From contig CAVYYZ010000009.1 in the NCBI GenBank assembly GCA_963772835.1, positions 1 to 64,000 on the forward strand: a stretch of 64,000 nucleotides of DNA, given 5' to 3'. This stretch comes from an uncultured delta proteobacterium. Its GTDB lineage: Bacteria; Desulfobacterota; Desulfuromonadia; Geobacterales; Pseudopelobacteraceae. The translations under genes and the position numbers were made by a program. Under the pieces are notes generated by a model, which saw nothing but the letters and a program-made list of their open reading frames with translations, made no database searches and was not told where the DNA came from. Within the stretch, counting starts at the first letter, position 1; each line of letters starts with the position of its first letter. This document shows positions 22,598-33,208 of the stretch, piece by piece.

Positions 22598-25500
22598 GAT
22601 TCCCTTTCCACCGACGCTTAAGCCATCCCCCCAGATCATCCATCAATGTGTACATGACCGGCACCACCAACAGTGTCAGCAGAGTCGATGTCAATAGACC
22701 GCCGACCACGGCGCGGGCCATCGGAGCACGGCCTTCCGCACCGGCACCAAGAGCCAGAAAGAGCGGCATCATGCCGAAAATCATCGCGAGTGTCGTCATG
22801 ATGATCGGCCGCAAACGGGTACGACCCGCAAGTATGACCGCCTCCCGGCGCGCCATGCCGTCGCGCCGCTGGAGTACTTTGGCATAATCGACCAGCAGAA
22901 TGGCATTCTTTGTCACCAGCCCCATGAGCATGATCAGCCCGATCAGTGACATGATATTGATTGTATCTCCGGTCAGCTTGAGCATACCGGCCATCCCGAC
23001 AATGGAAAGCGGAAGAGAAAGCATGATGGCAAGCGGTTCGAAAAACGATTCGAACTGGGCGGCCAGAATCAGATACACAAAGAGTACCGCCAGCAGCAGC
23101 GATTCACCCATGTAGCCGAACGATTCGGCCATATCCTCTGCCTCACCCGACAGATTGACGGAATAACCCGGGGGCATGTTGATTCGTTTTGAAGCTGTTT
23201 CCACGTACTTGGCCGCCGTGCCGACCGGCAACCGGTCCAGGTTGGCGCTGATGGTCACCTGACGGGCCAGATCGCGCCTGTTTATTTCGGTCGGAGAGGA
23301 GGCCACTATCGTACTGGTCAGGCTGGAGAGCGGAATCAGTTTCGTTCCGCCATTACCGTCAGGCACTGAAACGTTCAGCGCGAGAACCTGCGACGCATTC
23401 TGACGTAAATTCGCCGGCAGCCGTACCCGCAGATTAACCGCATCACCATCTTCATCCTCAAAGGTTGAAATAGTTTCGCCTCCTACCAGCCGGCTGACTG
23501 CTCCGACAATTGCACTGGTGGTGACACCGGCAGACAACGCTTTGTCCCGGTCAACCCGCAGGCGGTATTCAGGGATATCGTTCTCCAGGGTCATGGAGAG
23601 ATCGACGATACCGGGGACCTTGTAGAGTTCCTCTTTCAGGCGCCCTCCAAGCTGTTTAAGAACCGCCAGATCGTCTCCTTTGAGGTTGACGTTGAGCGGT
23701 TTTTGCGCCCCGCCAATCTGTCCTACCTCCTCGATGGAGAAGGTTATGCCGGCGATTTTCCTGAGTCGCTCACGCACTTCCCGCTGTAGGAGGAACTGAT
23801 TTTTAGTGCGCTTATTACGTTCCTTGAGTTTTACATACAGGAGGCCGTCCCGCACCGTTCCGCTGTCTCCGGCCCCAATCGTGGCGTAGGTATGGTCCAC
23901 CTCGGGGGCCGCTTTAACAGCAGCAAGAACTTCATTCATCCGACCTTCGGTTTCAGCAAAGGAAGCATCCGGAGCGGTTTTGAAAGAGACCTGAAATTCC
24001 CCCTTGTCTTCAGGTGCCATGAACGATGATTCAAGTGAACTGAAAATTACGAGTCCCGTGACAAAGGAGGCAGCGGCAAGCCCCATGACACTCTTTCGAT
24101 GGTCGAGAGCCCATGCGATGGCACCACGGTATTTATCGGCGGTTCGATCAAACCAGGAATTGAAAATCTCCAGATAACGGGCTATTCCCTTACGTTTTCC
24201 CTTCAGATGAATCGAAGGATCGTTCCAGCGGGAGGAGAGCATCGGATCGAGGGTAAAGGAGACGAAGAGCGAAACAAGAACGGCGAAGGCAACGCTGATG
24301 CCGAACTGGTAGAAAAAACGACCCACAATTCCCTTCATGAATGCTACCGGAATAAATACGGCTACGATCGACATGGAGGTAGAGAACACCGCAAGCCCGA
24401 TCTCAGACGTTCCGAAGCGGGCCGCCTCCATATGGTCCTTCCCCATCTCCAGATGACGGACTATATTTTCCCGTACGACGATGGCGTCGTCGATCAGCAT
24501 GCCGATTGCCAGTGAAAGCGCCATCAGAGTCATGACGTTGAGCGTCATGCCGAGCGCATTCATGACGATGAACGAAGAGATGACGGAGATGGGGAGTGTA
24601 ATGCCGGTAATGACGGTTGAACGCCAGGAGTTAATGAAGCAGAATACGATCAGAACTGTCAGAAAGCCGCCGATGAGCAGTGTTTCCTTGACATCAGCTA
24701 CCGATTCACGAGTCATGATCGAGCCGTCGCGCACCAGCGAAAGAGTCACCCCGGCGGGGAGCTCTCTCTGCACTTTGGACATAACTTTTTTGACCGTATC
24801 AACCAGCTCGACCTGATTCCCCCCCGACTGTTTGTAGATATCGAGGCCGATGGCCGGTTTGCCGTTCACCAGTGCCAGTTTACGTTTTTCCTCGATGCCG
24901 TCAGTGAGGTGGGCAACCTCGCCAAGAGTGATCGGCCGACCGTTTCTCTGCGCAACGGTCATCTGCCGATACTGGTCGGCCCGCTCCGGTTTTCCTTCAA
25001 TCCGGAGCGGATATTCAGCGGTTCCCCGGGTTATGCGCCCCAGAGGAGTGTTGGTATTCTCGGATCTGATACCGGTAACAATGTCGTTAACGCCGAGTTT
25101 GAGGGCATCGAGCTTAACCGGGTCGAGATCTATGGTCACTTCGCGTTTCTGGCCACCGACCATATCTACCTTGCCGACACCGGCAACACTTTCAAAGCGT
25201 TTCTTGACCTTTTTCTCTACCAGAGTTGTCAGCTCACGGGGGGACAATGTGGTTGATTCAACTGCCAGAGCCGCAATTGGTGCGGCATTGAAGTCGAGTT
25301 TCTGAATAATCGGTTCGTCGATTGATTCCGGCAGGGTGCCGCGGATCGAGGATATTTTGGCACGCACCTCCTGGGCAGCATCATTGACCTTCTCCTCCAG
25401 CCGGAATTCGACGACTACGCTGGAGACCCCCTCGCGTGAGGTGGAGAAAACATGCTTTACTCCTGCGATCTGGTTGACCGCTTCTTCGATCCGCTTTGAA

Positions 25501-25688
25501 AGCTCGCGCTCGACGGTTTCCGGGGAAGCCCCTGAGTACGTAGTGACGACCGAAACAATCGGGAACTCGACATTCGGGAACATCTCGACAGAAAGGCGGC
25601 GATAGGAAAATATGCCGAGAATGACCAGGGCCAGAACCATGACCGAGGCAAAGATCGGACGTTTGATGGAGGTGTTGGAGAGTATCAT
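22590..25688 (-). CDS. RND efflux permease (AcrB/MdtC family)
   Basis: 1032 aa; IGMLIDDAIVVRENI, SFTLDPML, GLVTKNAILLVDY, RLRPIIMTT. Confidence 0.96.
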   Translation of the reverse strand: MILSNTSIKRPIFASVMVLALVILGIFSYRRLSVEMFPNVEFPIVSVVTTYSGASPETVERELSKRIEEAVNQIAGVKHVFSTSREGVSSVVVEFRLEEKVNDAAQEVRAKISSIRGTLPESIDEPIIQKLDFNAAPIAALAVESTTLSPRELTTLVEKKVKKRFESVAGVGKVDMVGGQKREVTIDLDPVKLDALKLGVNDIVTGIRSENTNTPLGRITRGTAEYPLRIEGKPERADQYRQMTVAQRNGRPITLGEVAHLTDGIEEKRKLALVNGKPAIGLDIYKQSGGNQVELVDTVKKVMSKVQRELPAGVTLSLVRDGSIMTRESVADVKETLLIGGFLTVLIVFCFINSWRSTVITGITLPISVISSFIVMNALGMTLNVMTLMALSLAIGMLIDDAIVVRENIVRHLEMGKDHMEAARFGTSEIGLAVFSTSMSIVAVFIPVAFMKGIVGRFFYQFGISVAFAVLVSLFVSFTLDPMLSSRWNDPSIHLKGKRKGIARYLEIFNSWFDRTADKYRGAIAWALDHRKSVMGLAAASFVTGLVIFSSLESSFMAPEDKGEFQVSFKTAPDASFAETEGRMNEVLAAVKAAPEVDHTYATIGAGDSGTVRDGLLYVKLKERNKRTKNQFLLQREVRERLRKIAGITFSIEEVGQIGGAQKPLNVNLKGDDLAVLKQLGGRLKEELYKVPGIVDLSMTLENDIPEYRLRVDRDKALSAGVTTSAIVGAVSRLVGGETISTFEDEDGDAVNLRVRLPANLRQNASQVLALNVSVPDGNGGTKLIPLSSLTSTIVASSPTEINRRDLARQVTISANLDRLPVGTAAKYVETASKRINMPPGYSVNLSGEAEDMAESFGYMGESLLLAVLFVYLILAAQFESFFEPLAIMLSLPLSIVGMAGMLKLTGDTINIMSLIGLIMLMGLVTKNAILLVDYAKVLQRRDGMARREAVILAGRTRLRPIIMTTLAMIFGMMPLFLALGAGAEGRAPMARAVVGGLLTSTLLTLLVVPVMYTLMDDLGGWLKRRWKGNHA

Positions 25689-25705
25689 GTTATAGTTCCT
25701 TGCTG

Positions 25706-26854
25706 TTATTTCCCGGCTGCGACCACAACTTTGTCGCCATCCTTCAGGTTAAAACCTCCCCGGACAACATACTGTTCACCCTGCTTGAGCCCCGAAGCGA
25801 CCTCGACCATATCCCCCGTGACGGCACCGCTTTTTATCTCGCGCGCGTGGACAACCCCGTTTTCAACAATAAACACATTCCCCTTTTTAGCCTGCGTATC
25901 AAAAGTGCCTATCGAACTGCGCGGCACTTGCAGGACCTGTGACCGGATGTCAGTTACGATGCGGCCTTTGGCAAAAAGACCGCCTTTAAGATTTCCCGGT
26001 ACGTTGCGAACCTCGGCAATAACTTTCAGCGAACGATCCGCCGCGGAAAGTTCGGGGTTGATATACATGATTTTACCGGTGAATGTTTGACCGGGGTGAG
26101 AATCAACGGTAAATTCCAGCGTCTGGCCTGCTTTGACTCTCCCGGAATAGACTGACGCTACGGTCACTGTCAGATTGAGCAGACGATTATCTACTATCCG
26201 AAAAATCGGCTTGGCGGCAGCTGCGTCACTGGCCAGGTCACCTACATTGACATCACGTACCGCAACGATACCGGCAATCGGCGCGACGACCAGACCTTTG
26301 GCCTGACGGGCGACGCCTTGACGAAACTCTTCCTCAGAAACACGTATCTGCGCTGCTGCTACTCCGACCCTGGCTTTAGCCGCCTCCGTTTCACTGCGGA
26401 AATCATCGACTGCCTGTTGTGTAGCCAGACCTGATTCCTTCAGCTTGAGTATGCGGATTAATTCCCGTTCAGCACGGTTGGCAGCAACCTGCACCTGAAC
26501 CAGATTCGCTTTGGCGGAGACAATTCCCGCTTCAGCCCTCTTGACCTGAGCCTCTGTTTCGGCAACGTCGATTCGCGCCAGCGGCTGACCTTTCTTTACC
26601 GGAACCCATTCCGATACAAAGACCTGTGTGACCAGCCCCGGGATCTGGGTTTTAACATCCACCGAGAACTTCGGCTCCAGAGTTCCGGTCACCTCTATGC
26701 CATCGGAAACGGGAGAGTAGGATGCCGCACTAACTTCAACCGCTATCGGTGGTTTGGAAACCTGCTCCGCATTTTTTATAGACCCGCTCTTTTCGCAGGA
26801 GCATATGCCTAGTGACGTTGATACCAGAAAAACCAGAAATGCCAGCTGTTTCAT
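25706..26854 (-). CDS. RND periplasmic adaptor (MFP)
   Basis: VKKGQPLARID, APIAGIV, GL..GE.YVVRG...LKDGDKV; directly upstream of the RND gene. Confidence 0.93.
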   Translation of the reverse strand: MKQLAFLVFLVSTSLGICSCEKSGSIKNAEQVSKPPIAVEVSAASYSPVSDGIEVTGTLEPKFSVDVKTQIPGLVTQVFVSEWVPVKKGQPLARIDVAETEAQVKRAEAGIVSAKANLVQVQVAANRAERELIRILKLKESGLATQQAVDDFRSETEAAKARVGVAAAQIRVSEEEFRQGVARQAKGLVVAPIAGIVAVRDVNVGDLASDAAAAKPIFRIVDNRLLNLTVTVASVYSGRVKAGQTLEFTVDSHPGQTFTGKIMYINPELSAADRSLKVIAEVRNVPGNLKGGLFAKGRIVTDIRSQVLQVPRSSIGTFDTQAKKGNVFIVENGVVHAREIKSGAVTGDMVEVASGLKQGEQYVVRGGFNLKDGDKVVVAAGK

Positions 26855-27055
26855 CTCATACTCCTTACGAAATCAGACGAAATAGATAATTATTGTCGAA
26901 CGTACTATCTGAATTGTCCGGCCATCCTCGACGAATGGACCTGCGGACACGCAGTGGATCGGGCTCGAACTGAAAATGCCGCTCCCGGCATTGCCGAAAG
27001 CAGCATTTTCATCAACACCACGCACCCTGTCGTTCTGAGATCAATAAAACGGCGG

Positions 27056-28465
27056 TTAACATCCCGCTATCGCAATGGCAGCCCGCAGAAAGCGCTCAAC
27101 CTGATCCTGTGACCCCGCTTCGCTGTACAGGCGCAGCACCGGTTCGGTTCCGGACGGCCGGATCAGCAGCCAGTCACCGCTTTCAAAGATAAACTTGAAT
27201 CCATCGCTGAAATTGGTCGCAGCAACCCTCTGACCATCAATCACTGCCGGTGGTTGAGAGCTGAGTTTTGTAATCAACAGCTCTTTATCGGCAGCTTCTA
27301 TGCGACGATCAATCCGTTGATAATAGAAATGCCCGATATCGTCCATCGTCTCATCAAGCAGCTGCCGGAGCCCTTTACCGCTGACAGCAACCGCCTCCAG
27401 CAGCAGCAGTCCGAGCAGAATTCCGTCCCGCTCCGGGATATGCCCCTTCACCCCAAGCCCCCCGGACTCTTCACCGCCCATAAGAATATCATGGTCAAGC
27501 ATCAGTTCGCATATATGCTTGAATCCGATCGGAGTTTCAAACAATTCCAACCCGAATTTTTCAGCCAGCAGATCCACCATACGGGTTGTAGAAACCGTTT
27601 TGACAACCGCTCCGGTAAGCTTCTTATGTTCGATCAGGTGTCGGAGAATAACGGTAAAGATGCAGTGGGAGGAGAAGAAGTCACCATTCTCATCCACTGC
27701 GCCGATTCGGTCGGCATCTCCGTCCAAAGCCAGTCCGACCCGATACGTACCATTTTTAAGCAGTGCAGATAATTCCCGCAGGTTCTGTCCGATCGGTTCA
27801 GGCGGCACTCCGCCGAACGAAGGATTCTCGCAGTTGTGGATTTCATCTACCGCCGGCAGAAGCCGCGGTATAAATCCACTCCCGGCGCCATACATCGGGT
27901 CAACCACGGCTATAATTCCGGCTTTTGCTATCAGATCAAGATCAACGTAACGGCTGATCTGATGGAAATATCCTTCACTCGGGTCGAAAAGTTCTATACT
28001 CCCCTTTTTAAGGGCTTCTTCGTAGGGAATAGAAATGACACGGCGGTCATTTTCCCTGTTGTACGCAACGATTTCTTCAATAATTCTTGTTGTGACCGGA
28101 AGGGCGGATCCTCCAAAAGCCTCTTTAATTTTAAAACCGTTGTACTCGGGAGGATTATGACTGGCGGTGATCATCACTCCGGCTCCGGAGCCGGTCTCGC
28201 GTACAGCCCATGATACCGTCGGCGTCGGCGCATAATCCTCCGTCAAGCGTGCGTGAATGCCATTTCCGGCAGCGATCTCCGCCACCCGACGGGCAAAATC
28301 CCGCGACATGAAGCGACGGTCATAACCGACAACCAGCCCCTTATTCCCCAGACCCTCGCGGTTCAGATAATCCATAGTGGCCTGTGCCACCCGTGAAAGA
28401 TTTTCAAAGGTGAAATCCCGGGCAATAACTCCACGCCACCCATCAGTACCAAACTTGATCTGCAT
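27056..28465 (-). CDS. Phosphoglucomutase/phosphomannomutase
   Basis: FGTDGWRG, ITASHNP, DGDADR, GGEESGG, IRPSGTEP. Confidence 0.95.
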   Translation of the reverse strand: MQIKFGTDGWRGVIARDFTFENLSRVAQATMDYLNREGLGNKGLVVGYDRRFMSRDFARRVAEIAAGNGIHARLTEDYAPTPTVSWAVRETGSGAGVMITASHNPPEYNGFKIKEAFGGSALPVTTRIIEEIVAYNRENDRRVISIPYEEALKKGSIELFDPSEGYFHQISRYVDLDLIAKAGIIAVVDPMYGAGSGFIPRLLPAVDEIHNCENPSFGGVPPEPIGQNLRELSALLKNGTYRVGLALDGDADRIGAVDENGDFFSSHCIFTVILRHLIEHKKLTGAVVKTVSTTRMVDLLAEKFGLELFETPIGFKHICELMLDHDILMGGEESGGLGVKGHIPERDGILLGLLLLEAVAVSGKGLRQLLDETMDDIGHFYYQRIDRRIEAADKELLITKLSSQPPAVIDGQRVAATNFSDGFKFIFESGDWLLIRPSGTEPVLRLYSEAGSQDQVERFLRAAIAIAGC

Positions 28466-28530
28466 CGTTCCTCCTCAACTCAAGAATAGTTCAACCGACT
28501 CTCCAGACATAATGCAACTGGGAGAGCACG

Positions 28531-29739
28531 TTACTTGATCAGCTGATTCAACTCGAATATCGGCAGAAGAACCGCCAATACGACGATACCGACAGCCACT
28601 CCCATTGCCAGGACCAGCAACGGTTCCATTAATCCCATCAGGCGGGTCAGGCGGGTACTGAATTCACGCTCATACGCGACCCCCGCTTTTACCAGCATAC
28701 CTTCCAGATTGCCGCTCTTCTCGCCGACGCTCGTAAGATGCACCAGAAGCGGGGGGAACAGCGGACTTTTCTTTAAACTGCCTGACAGGCTCCCCCCCTG
28801 GGCAACCTCCTCCATAACCACACGCAGAAAGGAGCGGTACACGCGGTTGACAAGGACTTCTCCGGTAATTTCCAGAGCCCTCATGATCGGCACCCCGCTT
28901 GTGAGGAGCAACCCCAGGACCCGGGCGAAGCGGGAAAGAATCAGCTGCTGCAGCATTCCACCGGCAAGCGGGATTCGTAGCAGCAGATCATCACGTTTCA
29001 GGCGAAGATTGTCGCGTTTCATGGCTTTGCGATAGAGAGGAACGGAAGCGATTATCAATGCCGCGAGGATCCACCAATACCCCTGCAGGAAATGGCTGAC
29101 CTTGATCAGAAGAATGGTGATCAGCGGCAGAGAGGTCTTGCTGTCTTCAAAAATAGTAACGATGCGGGGAATGACGACCGTCAACAGGAAAAGCATCACC
29201 CCTCCTCCAACGAATATCATCAATATGGGATATGCCAGTGCGGATGTAACCTTGCTGCGAACCTGTTCCTGCTCCTCAAGAAAATCTGCCAGCCGGTCCA
29301 GTACCGTATCCAATGCTCCACCGACCTCTCCGGCTGCAACCATGCTGACATAGCTTTCGCCAAAGATGTGTGGTTCGGCCCCCAGCGCCCGCGACAGCGA
29401 AGCCCCTTCCGCTATTCGCTCTTTTATCCGGACCAGGGCCTGACGGAGGAGCCCGCTTTCCTCCTGTTCACAGAGCGACCCCATCGCCTCAAAGAGTGGT
29501 ACGGATGACGCGACCAGAGTGGCAAGACGACGGGTGAAGAGCGACAGTTCATCAGCCGGCACACCTCTGCGGAAAGAGAACGAACCGGAACGTTTCTCTG
29601 TCCCCTCCTCCAGCACTTCACGGGGCAGCAACCCTTTGCCTTTGAGCTGCTGCATCGCCTGGCGCTCGGAATCCGCCTCCACCGTTCCGGACACCGAAGA
29701 ACCGGTGGAGCTATAGGCTTTATAGCGGAACGTCGGCAT
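28531..29739 (-). CDS. gspF: Type II secretion inner-membrane platform GspF
   Basis: MPTFRYKA, FTRRLATLV, AGEVGGALD.VL.RLADFLE, ALAYP, EPLLVLAMG. Confidence 0.93.
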   Translation of the reverse strand: MPTFRYKAYSSTGSSVSGTVEADSERQAMQQLKGKGLLPREVLEEGTEKRSGSFSFRRGVPADELSLFTRRLATLVASSVPLFEAMGSLCEQEESGLLRQALVRIKERIAEGASLSRALGAEPHIFGESYVSMVAAGEVGGALDTVLDRLADFLEEQEQVRSKVTSALAYPILMIFVGGGVMLFLLTVVIPRIVTIFEDSKTSLPLITILLIKVSHFLQGYWWILAALIIASVPLYRKAMKRDNLRLKRDDLLLRIPLAGGMLQQLILSRFARVLGLLLTSGVPIMRALEITGEVLVNRVYRSFLRVVMEEVAQGGSLSGSLKKSPLFPPLLVHLTSVGEKSGNLEGMLVKAGVAYEREFSTRLTRLMGLMEPLLVLAMGVAVGIVVLAVLLPIFELNQLIK

Positions 29740-31297
29740 AATCATCCTGGGTAACTCGCAGGACCTCTTCGATGGTGGTAATGCCGGCGGCTGCCCGGGC
29801 AATGCCGTCGTCACGCAGTGTCTTCATGCCGTGCGCAACCGCATATTCTTTGATCTCACCGGCGTGACTGCGGCGAATGATCATTGAGCAGAGCTCCTGA
29901 TCGATCGGCATGATTTCATAAATGGCGGTCCTCCCCATTGTTCCGAGACCAAAACATGCATCGCATCCCCGACCGCGATACAGTGTACCCGGGAGTATGA
30001 CCCCGGCGTACTGTTCCAGCGGGCGATATTCTTCGCGGCAGTGCGGACAGATCACCCGCACCAGGCGCTGGGCGACAACGGCTGACAGAGAGGACGCTAT
30101 CATGAACGGCTCAATTCCCATATCCACAAGGCGGGTCACGGCTGTTGCCGCATCGTTGGTGTGCAGGGTAGAAAGCACCAGATGACCGGTCAGGCTGGCC
30201 TGAATGGCGATTTCGGCTGTTTCGGCATCACGGATTTCGCCGACCATTATAATGTCCGGATCCTGACGAAGAATGGATCGCAGACCTCCGGCGAAGGTCA
30301 GGTCGATCTTGGGGTTGACCTGGATCTGGCCGATTCCTCTGATCTGGTATTCAATCGGATCTTCAATGGTGATGATATTTTTTTCACTGGAGTTGACCCT
30401 GTTCAGCGCGGCGTAGAGCGTCGTCGACTTGCCGCTGCCGGTCGGACCGGTCACCAGAATGATGCCGCTCGTCCGGTTAAGCATTCGCTCAAGAGTGCGG
30501 ACTCCATGTTCACCCAGGCCGATGTCGGCCAGTGAAAGGATGCCCTTCTTTTTATCCAGGAGTCGAAGTACTGCCCGTTCGCCATAGTGGGTCGGAATGA
30601 TCGAGACGCGGATGTCCACATCACGGCCGGCGACCCGCACCCGGATACGACCATCCTGCGGGAGTCTCTTCTCGGCGATGTTGAGGCCGGACATGATCTT
30701 GATGCGCGAAACCAGAGCGTCCTGAATAATCTTTGGAGGGGACAGCTTTTCGTAGAGGATGCCGTCGATGCGGAAGCGAACGAGGAGGTCCCGTTCGTAC
30801 GGCTCGATGTGAACGTCACTGACCCGCTCTTTGACCGCTTCAGAGAGAATCGAGTTCAGCAGGCGAATAACCGGGGCCTCATCGGAAAGATCGAGCAGAT
30901 CTGTAGGATTATTCAGTTCGGTGGCAACCGTGGAGAGATCTTCACCCTGCAACTCCTGCAATACTTCGCGGGCCGTTCCTGAAACACCTGCGTAAACGTG
31001 ATTGATGACGTCCGCCAAATGCGGAGCCGGCACCAGCACCGCTTCAATCGGAGCGCCAAACAGCAGGCGGAGCTCATCAAGGAGGAGAATACCTGCAGCG
31101 CTGGAAACAGCAACCGTGATAACACCATCAACTTCACGCAACGGCAGAATGGAGTTGGATCGGGCGAACGTCAAAGGCAGACGGTTCAACAGCCCCGAAT
31201 CGACCTCTTCGGCTTTAATTTCAAGCTGACAGTTTATTCCCAGTTTGACGGCAGTTGCCATCACCTCATCAGAAACACTCACGGTGCCGGTACTCAT
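29720..31297 (-). CDS. gspE: Type II secretion ATPase GspE
   Basis: SDVHIEP, EKRLPQDGR, GPTGSGKSTT, LRQDPD, TGHLVLSTLHTND, CPHC/CDAC. Confidence 0.96.
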   Translation of the reverse strand: MSTGTVSVSDEVMATAVKLGINCQLEIKAEEVDSGLLNRLPLTFARSNSILPLREVDGVITVAVSSAAGILLLDELRLLFGAPIEAVLVPAPHLADVINHVYAGVSGTAREVLQELQGEDLSTVATELNNPTDLLDLSDEAPVIRLLNSILSEAVKERVSDVHIEPYERDLLVRFRIDGILYEKLSPPKIIQDALVSRIKIMSGLNIAEKRLPQDGRIRVRVAGRDVDIRVSIIPTHYGERAVLRLLDKKKGILSLADIGLGEHGVRTLERMLNRTSGIILVTGPTGSGKSTTLYAALNRVNSSEKNIITIEDPIEYQIRGIGQIQVNPKIDLTFAGGLRSILRQDPDIIMVGEIRDAETAEIAIQASLTGHLVLSTLHTNDAATAVTRLVDMGIEPFMIASSLSAVVAQRLVRVICPHCREEYRPLEQYAGVILPGTLYRGRGCDACFGLGTMGRTAIYEIMPIDQELCSMIIRRSHAGEIKEYAVAHGMKTLRDDGIARAAAGITTIEEVLRVTQDDYADVPL

Positions 31298-33183
31298 TTG
31301 TCGGCAATCTCTTTTTCAGCGTCAACAGAATCGGTTTTTTTAACCGCCTCCCCGAATGACTGGCGCTGGATGCGCGTCATCTCAGCAAGATCAGCCGCAT
31401 CCTTGACGATGTGCGGCGTCAGCAGGATCATCAGGTTGGTTTTCTTGCGTGTCTTCGATTTGGTCTTGAACAACCAACCAAGCAGCGGTATATCACCCAG
31501 AAACGGTATCTTGCTGACGACTTCCTCTTCGGTGTCCTGGATCAGTCCGCCGATCACAACCGTTTCCTTGTCTTTTACCACAACGCTGGTCTTTGCCGAT
31601 CGTTTGGTCGTCACCAGGTCGATTGCCTGACCTTTGCTGTCTTTTACAGCTGATATTTCCTGATTGATATCCATCCGGATATAATCGCCCTCGCTGATCT
31701 GGGGCTTTATTTTAAGGTTGATGCCGATATCCTTGCGTTCAACAGACGTCGTTGTTCCGATGGTACTCTGTGTGGCCGCCCCCTGGAATGGTACGTTTTC
31801 ACCGACGTTGATTTCCGCCTCCTTATTGTCGGAAGTCAGGATATTGGGGGTGGAAAGGATGTTCAGCAGGCCTTTTTTATCAAGCGCCTTAAGTACAGCT
31901 GTTATGTTGAGCGGGCTGGCAGTGATGGTGGGTGTCAACGTGCCGCCCGCGGATAGAACCGTCCCGATTGCGCCGAGTGTTCCAAGCGGGTCATACATAC
32001 CGGCCACGGTGAGGTTGCTGTTGGGTGAACCGCCTCCTATCAGGCCGGTTTGAAGCCCGATTTCGTTCGATTTGTCCAGAGATACTTCGGCGATCAGCAC
32101 CTGCACAAACACCTGTTTGCTGCGCCGATCCAGCTTTTTTATGACCTGGAGGAGGTTGGTATAGTCATTCGGGGATGCCATAATTACGAGTGAATTTGAC
32201 GCTTTGTCAGGAGTAATGGTGATTTTGCCGCTTTCAAACGGAGAGGCCTGAGGCGCACCAGGCGTGGCAGGCGCCTGCACTGAAATACCCTTGACGACTC
32301 CATCCATAACTTTTGCCATTTCGGTTGCATCGGTGTTTTCAAGGTAATAGACGTTGACTTTGCTGCTTGCTTCAGGCGATACGACATCCAGCTTGACGAC
32401 CAGCTCGCGAACCGCTTTTTTGGTTGATTCGTTGCCGAAAATCAGCAGGGCATTCAACCGCTGGTCCGCCACAACATTTGTAGTACTCCCCCCCGCGCGT
32501 GCAGCCGGCTGTCCGCCAGGCTTCCCGTCCGAGCCGTTCAGCCATTGTTGAATAATTTTCGCGGTACTTTCTGCCGAGGCGTTTTTGAGATAGATAATCT
32601 CAAGCCCTTCCCGGGTCCGCTCGGTGTCTATTGACTGCAACAGACCGTGCAGCTTGCGAATATTTATTGCAGAATCAACCATCAGAAGCAGATTGCCGGG
32701 GCCAAAGGCCGAAAGGTGTCCATCCTTTGAAATCATCGGCTGCAGAAACGTCAGCGCCTCCTGGGCGGTGATAAATTCCAGTTCGGTAACCTGGGCAACG
32801 TAGCTCTCGTTGACAGGCGGAGTCTCGCCCGCCGGAAGCAGTGAAAAACCGGATTGCCTGGCGCCGGCCGAAGGAACGATCTTGGCGACCTTGCCGCTCT
32901 GCACGACAATGAACCCCTTCAATTCCAGCACGGAGGTAAAAACATTATACGCCTCCTCTATCGAGAGCTTGGAGGGGGAGTACACTGAAATCTTCCCCTT
33001 TACCCGGTCATCGAGGATAAAGTTTTTGCCGGTCAGGTCACTGATGAACTTCACCATGGTGGAGATATCAACCTCGTTGAAATTCAACACCACCCCTTTG
33101 CCGCCTGCGGCCAGAACCGGTGAAGTAAAGAGCGCTCCCATAAGAACAAGGGTACAAAGTATGCGTAGTACGTAGCGTGTCAA
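31294..33183 (-). CDS. gspD: Type II secretion secretin GspD
   Basis: LNFNEVDI, GKNFILDDRVKGKI, QVFVQVLIAEV, NILSTP, KIPFLGDIPLLGWLF; TTG start after GGAGG. Confidence 0.93.
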   Translation of the reverse strand: MTRYVLRILCTLVLMGALFTSPVLAAGGKGVVLNFNEVDISTMVKFISDLTGKNFILDDRVKGKISVYSPSKLSIEEAYNVFTSVLELKGFIVVQSGKVAKIVPSAGARQSGFSLLPAGETPPVNESYVAQVTELEFITAQEALTFLQPMISKDGHLSAFGPGNLLLMVDSAINIRKLHGLLQSIDTERTREGLEIIYLKNASAESTAKIIQQWLNGSDGKPGGQPAARAGGSTTNVVADQRLNALLIFGNESTKKAVRELVVKLDVVSPEASSKVNVYYLENTDATEMAKVMDGVVKGISVQAPATPGAPQASPFESGKITITPDKASNSLVIMASPNDYTNLLQVIKKLDRRSKQVFVQVLIAEVSLDKSNEIGLQTGLIGGGSPNSNLTVAGMYDPLGTLGAIGTVLSAGGTLTPTITASPLNITAVLKALDKKGLLNILSTPNILTSDNKEAEINVGENVPFQGAATQSTIGTTTSVERKDIGINLKIKPQISEGDYIRMDINQEISAVKDSKGQAIDLVTTKRSAKTSVVVKDKETVVIGGLIQDTEEEVVSKIPFLGDIPLLGWLFKTKSKTRKKTNLMILLTPHIVKDAADLAEMTRIQRQSFGEAVKKTDSVDAEKEIADK

Positions 33184-33208
33184 GTGTGCCTCCGGATTGC
33201 TGTTTACT

